Both the position numbers and the translations under genes were made by a program. From NCBI RefSeq assembly GCF_009914755.1, contig NC_060931.1: a stretch of 64,000 nucleotides of DNA; one strand, written 5' to 3'. Shown here piece after piece: positions 53,587 through 64,000 of this stretch; positions within the stretch are counted from its first letter, which is position 1, and each line of letters starts with the position of its first letter. The notes beneath the pieces are model-generated. The model was not told where the DNA came from. It was given only the letters and a program-made list of their open reading frames with translations, and ran no database searches. Source of the DNA: the human T2T-CHM13v2.0 reference genome, Homo sapiens.

Positions 53587-53600
53587 GTGCCCCCTGGTAG
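53587..53600 (-). promoter_or_regulatory. CTCF core motif match
   Basis: CTACCAGGGGGCAC on the - strand, 13/14 to CCASYAGRKGGCRS. Motif only. Confidence 0.5.
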
Positions 53601-54439
53601 AGGGCCCTCCCGCCCTACACACCCTCAACCTTGAAGCAACCTCGACATTTGGAAACTGAGATGTCATACTGGGCACTCCTCCACATTGGCGACCATCCAC
53701 AGCCCTGCCTGGTGCTAAAGAGTGGGCTGCATCCCTGCTACCTCTGTGAGCCTGGGAAAGCATCGGCCCAACCACCTGCCAGAGAGCCCCGGCCCGCCCT
53801 CCCTGGAGCAGCCCCAGGCCTTCCAGCCCCATCGCAGAATGCTTCCCAAACTGTACCTGCACTGCGGCCTTATCTCCACCACCCCCACCGCTCTGTGCTC
53901 CAACAGAGCCCTGTGGAGATGAATGGCTGGAGAACACATTGCTGTCAGGCCTCGGAAAGGCACTGAGACCCAGGTCCCCACTCCAGCTCTGGCAGGTGGA
54001 GGCGAGGGAGTGGGAGGAATCTTACCCAGACTCGAGCTTGCCTCCCAGCATGGCTTTCCACGGCCAAGTAACCTTGCACTGCCGACTTCATCACTGTGAG
54101 CCTCAGTTTCCTCATCTGTAAAATGGAGCCATGGATTCTGAGGCCAGGAGTTGTGTGCAAGGACGTATTCAGGAAGTGACCCCAGGAGACTGGTCAGAGT
54201 GTGGGAGAAGCAGAACGGGGAAGCAGAGGGGGCCGGGCAGGGGGCACTGCCAAGGGCGCCTTCAGCCACGGGGAGTCCTGGGGAAAACTGCCCAGAGTCA
54301 CCCTCGGCAGAAGCAAAGGAGATGGGCAGCCACAGCCGGCACTGGCCATGCAGGGCCCTGAGGATGGGGTGGAAAGCGGCCTCTCAGGCCTTCCCAGCTC
54401 CCCGTGTCCAGTGGGGTCTGGCTCCTTTGGCCTGAGATA

Positions 54440-54495
54440 AGGTCTCCAGGGAGCTGCCCAGGTGATGAGGTCTCCAGGGAGCTGCCCAGGTGCTG
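54440..54495. repeat. 28-bp tandem duplication
   Basis: AGGTCTCCAGGGAGCTGCCCAGGTG(A/C)TG x2. Confidence 0.9.
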
Positions 54496-55808
54496 GGCTT
54501 GAGAAAGGAAAGTTCACAGAAGGGTAGGGTTTAGAGAGCAGCAAGAAGGCAAGGGTCAATCCATGGAAGCACGGCCATCCCCCACCACTGGGACCAGCCC
54601 GCCTATTGCCAGGACCGTGGTGAGGGCCCAGGAAGCTGCCCGCTTCTAGCTGAGGGGCCAGCACACAGGATGCCCCAGCCCCGGGAACTCCGTTCCCCTC
54701 CAGGACACCCTCGTTCATCACAGTCTGGCCTCGTCTACATCAGCAGGGTCGGGCATGGGGTGGGCCTGGGCTGTTATTAACAGCTCAAAAAACAATTTTC
54801 ATTCTGCAAGTCATTTGGCCTGCCCCCCCACCCCATTTGCCCGCCTGTCCATTACAGGTGCCACTGAAGATGAGACTTAAGCTGACCAGCCTCAGACGAG
54901 ACTTCCAGCCAAGGTTTGGTCTTCACGGACGGGAGGCCTGAGGCCTGTGCCAGTCCCGTGGGGACCGCAGCCACCAATTCACCGTGCGCTCCTCCAGCGT
55001 GAACAGTCCTGGCTCCCTCTCTCCTGAGCTGCACTCAGGGGAAACCCGAACAAGACCTCTCGCCCCTTGGCTTGGTTGTGATTGTGGTTGCGGCTCCAGG
55101 ACAAGCTGGGCACCATGCACTCCCTGGGGAAGTTTCTGGGTAGGCACCATGACGTGGGGTATCCGAGGCCGCCCACCTCAATAGCCATGCCTGGTCTGCA
55201 GCTGGACAGTGTGTGTGCATGAAGGTGGCCTCTGGACTTAGGGCCAGGAGTCACCAGTCAATGATTCTGTCTGGGTCTGGCTATTTCAGCCATCTTTGGG
55301 GTCCACTGCGACCCCTGTCTGGGATGGTGAGATCCCACCAATTATGTTAAATTGACCAAAAACAAAAAACTGTGAGACTGTTGACTGGACAGACTTGCTA
55401 TCCATTAGCAGACCTTGAGGATGTCCTTACCCAGCTGAGGCTGCAGATGAGGGGCCACGGGCCCCCCACCGCACTCGTCGGCAGGAGAAGAGAGTCAGTA
55501 CGTAGAAGTGCACAGACACCTGATGAATCTAAGAGCAAATGAATCTCTTCTTCAATACTGCTCCTTCGAACCAATCCTGCCTAAACACCGAGTCTATCCA
55601 CCCAGCAGACACTAATGGGTCCCCTCCGGCCTGCCTCATACAGCTGCAGCATGGCGCGTGCTGTACCATTACAGATGGGTCAGCCTAGTGGCCCTGGACC
55701 TGGAGACAGTGCCCGCCCTTCTGCTGCAGGACCTCACCTTAATGAATTACATCTGCACCAGCCCTGCTTCGCGGTACATTTCTGTTGTCTGAAGCTACCA
55801 AGCTGCAA

Positions 55809-55885
55809 ACCTGGGCAAGGAGTGGAGCTTGGATAAGAATCACCTGGGAAAGGAGTGGAGCTTGGAATAAGAATCACCTGGGCAA
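55809..55885. repeat. 33/34-bp tandem duplication
   Basis: ACCTGGG(C/A)AAGGAGTGGAGCTTGGA(A)TAAGAATC x2 plus a partial copy. Confidence 0.9.
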
Positions 55886-58296
55886 TCACTATAAACTGTG
55901 GCTCCCGAGGCCCTGCCAGAAACCCTGATTTAAGCTGCAGGCTGCAGGTGATCGTGATGAGAGCCCGTTCTATGGAATGGAAGCCTTCCGGCACTGTGCT
56001 GGGCAAAGATCATCCTATTTGTCTGTGGGCTTCAGACCCTTATCCTTGCCTGTCAGCCCACAGTTCTCTCTCGATTCTGACCACTGGTCACCTCTGGTTA
56101 CAACCCAAGCCCCCACCTCAGCCCAGAGCCACAAACACCCCGAACTCCTCTGAGATGGTCCTGAACATCCGCATGTCTGTGCTTCTCCGTCTGTCTATGT
56201 ATTTACGATGCCTGCTTGAGCCATATCACACCTAACCAGCAGGTGCCTCTGTGCCCAAAATGAAAAATTAATTAAGTTTAAGGCTTCAGGTTATGTAAAA
56301 CAAATTAGGTCTCTGCTTCATCAATTTAAGTCCCCAAACCTTGCCACTAAGTTTACGTAGGTTGTGATATTGTTCAGTCAAATAACACAAACCTTAAAAA
56401 GCAGAAACTGTGTGTATAGAGTGATGACACAAGCTCATCAACTGTAGGAACTAGGTCAGAAATAAGCTTTTCACCCCACATGTGGGAGACTCTGGCCCTT
56501 GAATTATTCATGCCAATGTGTGCTCCACTGCTTTAAACGAGCCAATTGAGCATTGGTTTGGAAGGTCATTAACACCCAGGAAAAATGCAAATGGTTTTTT
56601 CTCCTTGTTAATTGTCATAGTCTGAGAATCACCCCACATGGAAAGGAAATGAAAGCAGGTTCCATCCCTGGTGGGGCAGACAGGGGCTCCCGCTACTGAC
56701 AGACTCTTCTTGGATGTCGACTGGAGAAGGTCCCCGTGGGCAGCTGCCTCTCCATGGAGACCCCGGCTTGCTGGGTGAGGAAGCAAATTGAGGTGCTATT
56801 TAAAGCGACGTCTAATAAGTGACTAATCGGGACTCTTTCTCGGATAGGGTGGAATTGGGGTCAAAGCTCAATTAGCCTAGAAAACTTCCCCTCTGCCTGA
56901 CCACTGGTGAGAGCGATCCTCAGCAGAATCTGCAGCCGAGGGAATTCATCCAAGCCCTGCATTTTGGAAGCCCACGGAGGTAGTGGGATTTGCCCAAGCT
57001 ACTCAAATACTGAATGACAGAGATGAAACCAGAATCCCTCCTTGTCCCAAGCCCAGTGCACCTCTCTCCACACCTCCTGTCCCTGGGGAAGCCCATATTT
57101 GAAGGTTCATGGGAAGTAACACTCCATATCAGTAAGTGCAGCTGGAGGAGAGCAGGCTTCCACCCTGCATTGCAATCTGGAGGAGACTCCAAATGGGAAC
57201 CACAGTGTTGTTCTCCAGATCCCTTCGGGGTGGGACAGAGGGGTCGTGGGTGTGCTGGGCTGGCCAAACAGCTTGGCGTGGTGCTGGTCTCCAGCTGAGA
57301 GCCGCCCCCCTTTCCACCCTGGCTACAGCCTCCAGCACAGCCAGGAGGTCAAGGTGCTCCTCACTGGCACTGCCAGGCTCCAAGTGCCGAAACCACGGGC
57401 AACCTCGGGAGGGCCCTTCCTCTCCTGTGTCTCGTGGTCCCAAAAAACACAGGTAGTGAGTAAAGAAAACAGGAGCATGTTCACTGATACAGGGTGAGGG
57501 GTTAGAGAAGGCCTCAAACAGCTGGTTCCAGTTTTGCTTATCAACAACACATTCTGTCTAGAATAGAGGTGATCAAATCTTAGTGTCTGTAAAACTTACC
57601 CAAGAGGCTTCTGACCTATAGGACCTGGAAGGATGATGTGTGGTTTCAAGTCCTGGCTTTGTGGTGATTTTTTTTTAACAGTGGTTTGTTCCAGCAGCCA
57701 CAGGAATCCCGAACACCCCCCGGTGAGCACATTCGGAGTGGCTCCTTCCCCACCCACTGCTGACTGGGCCTCACCGTGCTCCACTCTGCCTCCAGGGAGC
57801 TTCCTGGCTTCACTTCACTTGACCAACAACCAAGAGAGGGCTCAGGGTGTCAGTCTCGGTGCTGTGGAGACTGGGGTGTGGCCACTGCTGCCCGTGGCCT
57901 TCCAGCAAGTCCTGTCGCCCTGCGGGATGAAAGCCTCAGGGACGGGGACTCCTCGTTCCACACAGAGCTCCGCCCAGGAGCATCATCGGATGGGGACCAG
58001 CTTGGAGGTCAGGCTGCTCCCTTGTCTTAATGAATCCACACCCAGGAAAAAGTGAAGTTCTTCTTGGATCAAGAAGTTAAAGCCGGTAAGACAACCCTCC
58101 CCCCAGCAGCTCCCCGGCCGTCCTTCCAAGTCCACATCTGTGTGGCTGCTGTTAGCGTGGGGGGCAGGGGCTCCAGCATGGGGTCGGGGCACTGGGCCTT
58201 CTCCAAGACAACGTCAGGCCTGCTGAACTGCAGCCCCAGTTATAGCAGCAGCACCGGGGCTGAGCACGTGTTCCCCCCAGCCACACTCCCTACGGT

Positions 58297-58424
58297 CTAA
58301 TCCCACATGACGGGCCAGGTTCTTGACTTAGGTAAGGTCAGTGCCAACTTCGCCTCGCCAACCGCAACCCCCACAGCCTAATCCCACATGGCAGACCAGG
58401 TTCTTAGGTAAGGTCAGGGCCAAC
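58297..58424. repeat. Imperfect ~50-bp direct repeat, period 81
   Basis: CTAATCCCACATG...CCAGGTTCTT(GACTT)AGGTAAGGTCAG.GCCAAC at 58297 and 58378. Confidence 0.85.
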
Positions 58425-59072
58425 CTTGACCCCAAATCCTGCCTTGTGGATCATATAGCCCCACACCTGTCACAGGGCCGTGTGCCCACGGGGTGAAGGT
58501 ATTTATGGAATGAACTGTGTGGAAGGAGTTCGCTGACTCCCCCCAGTCTCTGGGGACTGCGTGTGGCTCCTCTGTCGTCTGTTCCTTCACTTCCCCATGC
58601 ACTGAGGGGCTCGCCACGGCACGGCTCCTCAGAGCTATGCTGTTTCCTGCACTTGAGGGGGGCCTAGTCACCTCAATTGGCCCCATTAGACATGGGAGGA
58701 GAGAAGAGCTAGCTGGTGAGAAGGTGACTTCCTAAACCCCAGCAGCTATAGGAAATTCAGCAATTTCTGGCAGGCGCCTTCCTCCACAGGAGCAGGAACC
58801 AGTGTGGCACCAGAAGGAGATCTGGTCCTTGTTTGCAGGATGAAGTGCTGAGGACCAGGGTGGAGAGGCAGCTCACACATCACCCCACACCTTTTCCCAT
58901 CTGGCCTCACCCGGTCATCCTTGCTCATGCTGCAGCTTGTGGGGTCCAGAAGCTGAGGTGCCGGGTCAGGCTACAGACTCTCAGCTTGGTCCTGCTTTGA
59001 GAAGCACACAGGAAATGCTTGCACAGAGCCACCATAAATAAGACAAGGTCCTTTCCTGGTAGGACTCACAGA

Positions 59073-59327
59073 CCAGGACAACCAGAGGAGGAAACAGAAA
59101 GGGACCACGCGGGGGACCCAGGCCGCTTGGATTAGTAGAGACGGCTCACAAAGGCTTTGTGGAGAGGGAGACGTTGCCACCAAGTCTTGTTCTGAGCACT
59201 CGGGGATCTCCCTGGAGGGGCGGAAGGCAACAGGAGTGTGTTCCCGGCCCGCCCCACCACCCGCAGGCACTCCGTGTGGGTCAGTGCACCATCCTTGGAG
59301 GTTCACTGTGGGAGAAGCTAATGGAAG
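59073..59327 (+). repeat. 255-bp direct duplication, copy 1
   Basis: Ungapped match to 61849-62103 with about 10 substitutions by manual alignment. Confidence 0.95.
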
Positions 59328-61551
59328 CTGGATCACCTGGAAATACAACAGGGCCTCCAAGATTAAGCACTAAGAATAGCTGGCAAGAGATGGAGCAAGA
59401 TGGGATAAGCCACCCCCTAGGAGTGACATCAGTGCCAGGGAAAGCCTTCAAGCCAAAGGAACCTGCAAAAGTGTCCCCCCAGCCACACTCCCTGTGTTCA
59501 TAGAGTCGGTGCAGGTGGGGGGACCCAGAGAGGAGGACGACGGGGAAGGGGATATTCTAAACCTGTGCATGAACCCAGACAAAGCTGTGCACCTCTAAGC
59601 TGCACAGGTGTGGCAACAGAGCAAGGGTTTGAGGGGAGACTGAAACAGAGCAATGGCAGGGAGACTGAAACCCCCATCCAAGTCTCTGATCAACCCGGGA
59701 GCGACAGGTGTGAGACACACTCAAAGCAGCATAACAAATGCCTTGAGAACTGAGCTAAGATCCTAACCCACTGTATACCGCTCAGATTGGCCCCTCGGTG
59801 AGCAGGCACGGCTGAGACAAAGCAAAAGAGCGATGGCTTGGAAAATGAACACAGAGGCAAGATGAAACTTACAGCCTCAACTGCGTGCACTGATTGATTG
59901 CCAGACAGGGAAAGAAACCTACATTCTCCAGAGGTTTATCATAAGACCATAAGACCCAGAGTTCATACAACACGACATTCACAATGTCTGCAATACAATT
60001 CAAAATTACTAGACTTACAAAGAATCAAAAATATATAGCCAATTTCCAAGTGGAGGTGGCAAGGAGGCCCTAGAACAAGTGCCAGTGATGGAAATGTGGA
60101 ACCCATGGGCACAGGAGTCCAGGCCCAGGGACCTCTGCAGAGCAGCCTCCAAACTTTGTGCCTTTGTGCAAATTCTAAAGAGCCACCTTAAAGAGAATAT
60201 TCTTAATGGATGTAGCAGTGCACGTGAGCTTCCTGCTCCTGAGGGGCTTTGCAGAGCCCCCATGGATAGCATTCCTGGTTTACTCCCAGCTACCCTGACT
60301 CTTGCCTGCTCACGGATCCCAGCCTCCAGGCATGTACAATGTCTGCAGGTTAGCTGAGGGTCAGGTCGGGGGTGTGGGATGGAGCCCCTGGGAACACCAG
60401 TCAGTGAAGACAAGTGTCTTTTGAGAAATCCCAGAGGGTCATGGGAGCGGAGGCATCCATGCACGTGTGTGTGTCCCCACAGGTATGGGCTCGGCCATAT
60501 GTGCTTGTGTGAGTTTGTGCAGGATGCAGATTTCCTCTGCTGCTTCAGGACTTGGCAGGAGGTGCCCAGAATGCCCACCACCTCCCTCCCGTGCACTGGC
60601 ATGTAAATTGGGACACCTATATGGTGTGAACTGTGCTGCCTTACACATGGTGTCCTGGTGGGGTGGGCAGACTGACGCCTCCACCCAAAGGCCCTGGGAA
60701 TCCCTGGGACAAAGGCAGTTTGTGTGTCCCCAAAGAAGAAGTGCTTGCATATATTATTTGTTATTGTTAAATTATTTAATGGAGACTTGTACTTCACACA
60801 TATCTCACAAATTGCTTCATTGAAAAGAAAGAAAGACATCAAGCTGCAGTGGACCTAGGAATTTGGGGAATTGCTGCTAGTGTGGCACACCTGTCTCTTC
60901 TGTCTCCCAGAGATCTGTGCAAGAGCCATAAAACCATCTTGCCTGAGGACCTGGGGGAAAGGGGTCCAGTGTTCAGGCCACACAGCAGTAGCTTCACGGT
61001 CTCTTTATCTTATCCACCCAGGGACCCTGAGAGAGACGCTGCCCCCAGGGCCCAGCCAGCAGGAGCCTCCCTAGTAGAAAGGTTTTCTCCTTGAAAATGA
61101 TGTTGCGGAAGAGAGGAGGGCAGGGGTACGGGAGGATGGGAGGAAATGAGAACCTTCCTTCTTAGCATAAGCAGCTGTTTCTTAAAACTCGGCTGTTGGG
61201 AGCAGTTTGAAAACGTGTCCAAACATTCAGTAAGCATTTGTGGTACACAGATCATGGACTCAGTAATGTGGTGTTGGGAGGTGGGAAGCGAAGGGGGTAC
61301 AGAGGGAATATGTGCTGCTCCCCCTGCCTTTGAGGATGTAGCCCAGGTGCCCAGACCCGCACAGGAAGGCTGTGGAGGGGACAAGGACCCCGCACGGGTG
61401 GCAGCCAGGTTCAAGGCTCAGCTCTCCTCACTCATCTCTTGCCCTGCAGCTTTTTGGTCTGCAAATGGAAAGTCAGAAAACCTGCCTGACAGTGTGAGTG
61501 TCGGGAGCAAATTAGAAGCGAATAAGGGATGGGGAAAGAGTGCTCATCCGC

Positions 61552-61749
61552 TGGGGAACATCACACACCGGGGCCTGTCGTGGGGTGGGGGGCTGGGGGA
61601 GGGATAGCATTAGGAGACATACCTAATGTAAATGATGAGTTAATGGGTGCAGCACACCAACATGGCACATGTGTACGTATGTAACAAACCTGCACATTGT
61701 GCACATGTACCCTAGAACTTAAAGTATAATAATAAAAAAAGAAAAAAAA
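61552..61749 (+). mobile_element. Heavily 5'-truncated L1PA (L1PA4/5-like) 3' end
   Basis: 'ggggaacatcacacaccggggcc...gggatagcattaggagacatacctaatgtaaatgatgagttaatgggtgcagcacaccaacatggc...cctagaacttaaagtataataataaaa'; 18-bp TSD GAAAGAGTGCTCATCCGC at 61534-61551 and 61750-61767. Confidence 0.95.
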
Positions 61750-61848
61750 GAAAGAGTGCTCATCCGCAAATAGCAGGGGGTGGCTGTTATCTGCACGAAT
61801 GTGTAGGCAGATCCTGTGTTATTTCTAAGTTCCGCCCCATGCCTGAGC

Positions 61849-62103
61849 CCAGGACAACCAGAGGAGGAAACAGAAAGGAACCGTGTGGGGGACCCAGGCC
61901 GCTTGGATTAGTAGAGACGGCTCACAAAGGCTTTGTGGAGAGGGAGACGTTGCCACCAAGTCTTGTCCTGAGCACTCGGGGATCTCCCTGGAGGGGCGGA
62001 AGGCAACAGGAGTGTGTTCCCGGTCAGCCCCACCACCCGCAGGCACTCCGTGTGGGTCAGTGCACCATCCTTGGAGGTTCGTTGAGGGAGAAGCTAATGG
62101 AAG
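61849..62103 (+). repeat. 255-bp direct duplication, copy 2
   Basis: Matches 59073-59327. Confidence 0.95.
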
Positions 62104-62698
62104 GGGGGGACTGATGAGGCCAGTGGTTTTCTCACTTAAATGGAAAGTCCTGTGTCCAGGACCCAGGCATCCCAGAGGCATTCTAAAGTCTCCCCAGCAT
62201 GCAGCCGCTGGGTGGCAGCCAGTGTGAGGGCCATGTTAGAGGAGCTTTAAGATTCTATTATTTGGGAGTCATCCTAGGTAGATGACAATCAGGGGTCCGG
62301 GAACATCTTGTGTAGAATAAATATGTAGGTCAAAGGCGCTCCTGCCACGTGGAAGGGCGTGTGAGAGGGTGTGAGCTGGGTCAGGAAGCTCCTTTCTGAG
62401 GCCTCTCTCCAGTCTGGTGTCCCAAGAAGCAGCGGCACGCAAGGAGGAGCGAGACCAGCAGAGACAAGAGCAGGAAGGAAGAGGAGCCGCAGTGAGAAGG
62501 TGGACCCGACGCCACTCCGTGACCATGTTGGTCATACAGGGACCATACAGGGCCTTTGTCTACATGTGGCGCAGCCTCTGACCATGGCATTCTCCAGGGA
62601 TTACCCTGAAAGGCAGGCTCCCAGCCCTGCCTCAGCACTCAGAGCCCACGTAGTCCCGGCCAAAAGGGTCAAAGAGACATTGAATGCATAGGTACCGT

Positions 62699-62805
62699 GA
62701 AAGAAAGAAAGAAGGAAGCACAGCAGGGAAGGAAGGAGGGGAAGAGCGAGGGAGACAGGGAGATGGGAAGGGAGGGAGAAAGAAGGAGAGAAGGAAGGGA
62801 GGGAG
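62699..62805. repeat. Polypurine (GA-rich) low-complexity tract
   Basis: 'gaaagaaagaaagaaggaagca...ggaaggaaggaggggaagagcgaggg...gaaggaagggaggg'. Confidence 0.8.
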
Positions 62806-63154
62806 TTAAAATTTCACAAGGGATCTATCTGGGTAAAATTTATGCCAGAGCCAAGCATCTACAAACACATAAATGCCCCCATTTTCCTGACATCTGTTCA
62901 GGAGATCCTTAACAGCCCTGACGATCTGAGCCAGCTACATTAGTGGATGTGTCACAGAGCTCAGGAAGAGGCAGTTTGACTATAATTCTGTCATCATCTG
63001 GTCTCCTGATGAGACCACAGCACTGCATGGCTGTCTGAGGCTCCTGGGCTCTGAGGGACTGGGTAAGGTTACTCGGTCTGGTGTCTGGTGGTTCCCAGAC
63101 CTAGCTGCATGTCACCTTGGGAACTTGCTTTCCCCCATATGTTTTGGGTAGGAA

Positions 63155-63580
63155 GACTTGCTTTTTATTGAAGTAGAACGATCCTACAGAAAAGTGCACA
63201 ATCTGAGTGTGTGGCATGGTGAGTTTTCACAAACTAAGCACACCCATGTAGGCAGCACCACCTCCAAAGATAACCAAGGTGGCTTCCAACGTCATGGTCT
63301 AGTTTTGTCTGTTTTTTACCTTTATATACACAGAGTCATGCACTCTGCACCACGTTGTGCCTGATGCTTCTTCTTCTTCGCGTTGATGAGTCTCGTCCAT
63401 GTTGCACGTTGGGTGTTTTAAGTCATGCAGTGACTCATTTGCTGTGGCACCTGTGCCATGCGAGGTAAGGTGATAATGTGGAGAAACTAGACACAGGGGT
63501 CCAGGGGTCCAGGAGCACTCTGCACTGTCTTCACAGCTTTTCTGCTTATTTAAAACTATTACAAAATCAAAAGTTTTTTT
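63155..63580. mobile_element. Old L1M-type fragments
   Basis: 'ttttattgaagtagaacgatcctacagaaaagtgcacaatctgagtgt' resembles an antisense L1M 3' end; 'cactctgcactgtcttcacagctttctg...aaaactattacaaaatc' resembles a sense L1M 3' end. Confidence 0.55.
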
Positions 63581-63873
63581 TTTTTTTAAATCAGAGGGAG
63601 GATTGAGAGGTGAGAGAGGAGACTTTGATTGGGCGTAGAAACCTTTTCTTTGGGGGAGAGAAGGTGCATCTAAATAAGTTCTTTTATCCATGAGCCTTTC
63701 TCTAGTATTGCAGTGGGAAAATGGAATGCTCCAGATAGGCCACTACAAGGAACTTAGCCAAGTAATATGGTATTATGCTTCCAAAAATGAAGATACTGTG
63801 GGAGTATTATTAACAGTGCCATCAATGACACTATGCATAAATCATATCATGTACTATATATATGCACACACAG

Positions 63874-64000
63874 TGACATAGTTTGGATCTGTGTCCCCAC
63901 CCAAGTCTCATGTTGAATTGTAACCCCCAGTGTTGGAGGTGGGGCCTGGTAGGAGGTGTTTGGATTATGGGGGTGGATCCCTTACGAATGGCTTGGGCCA
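63874..64000 (+). mobile_element. MST/THE1-type MaLR LTR 5' part (cut by window end)
   Basis: 'tgacatagtttggatctgtgtccccacccaagtctcatgttgaattgtaacccccagtgttggaggtggggcctgg'. Confidence 0.88.

Noticed and set aside
59073-62103. LTR retroelement with 255-bp LTRs
   Set aside because: No TG...CA termini, PBS, PPT, TSD or gag/pol similarity.

Overview
Human (or closely related hominid) genomic DNA, GC-rich and apparently non-coding. It carries Alu, MIR, L1PA, MaLR, HERV-W (LTR17), HERV9 (LTR12) and MER4-group LTRs. I recognise no protein-coding gene; the long ORFs come from CpG-rich or low-complexity sequence. The first 13.5 kb holds three CpG islands (~2.5-5.8 kb, ~8.55-8.9 kb, ~12.1-13.3 kb) with strong + strand splice donors and AT-rich, homeodomain/SOX/POU-motif-rich blocks. 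This is typical of the regulatory/lncRNA territory of a developmental transcription-factor gene. From memory of the island spacing I tentatively suspect 7q36.3 upstream of EN2; this is unverified and needs BLAT. The most notable unexplained structures are: a 42-bp, 40/42-identical inverted repeat with a REST right half-site bracketing 1.8 kb of the first island; a 255-bp, ~96%-identical direct duplication 2.78 kb apart; a 1.9-kb G/T-strand satellite rich in KLF-type boxes; a 7x60-bp minisatellite inside a MER4A solo LTR; a triple-nested MIR>MLT1>LTR12 insertion; a 12-bp RUNX/SMAD motif array; and a convergent CTCF pair. I see no clear evidence of a wholly new biological system; the findings are candidate regulatory or structural elements.
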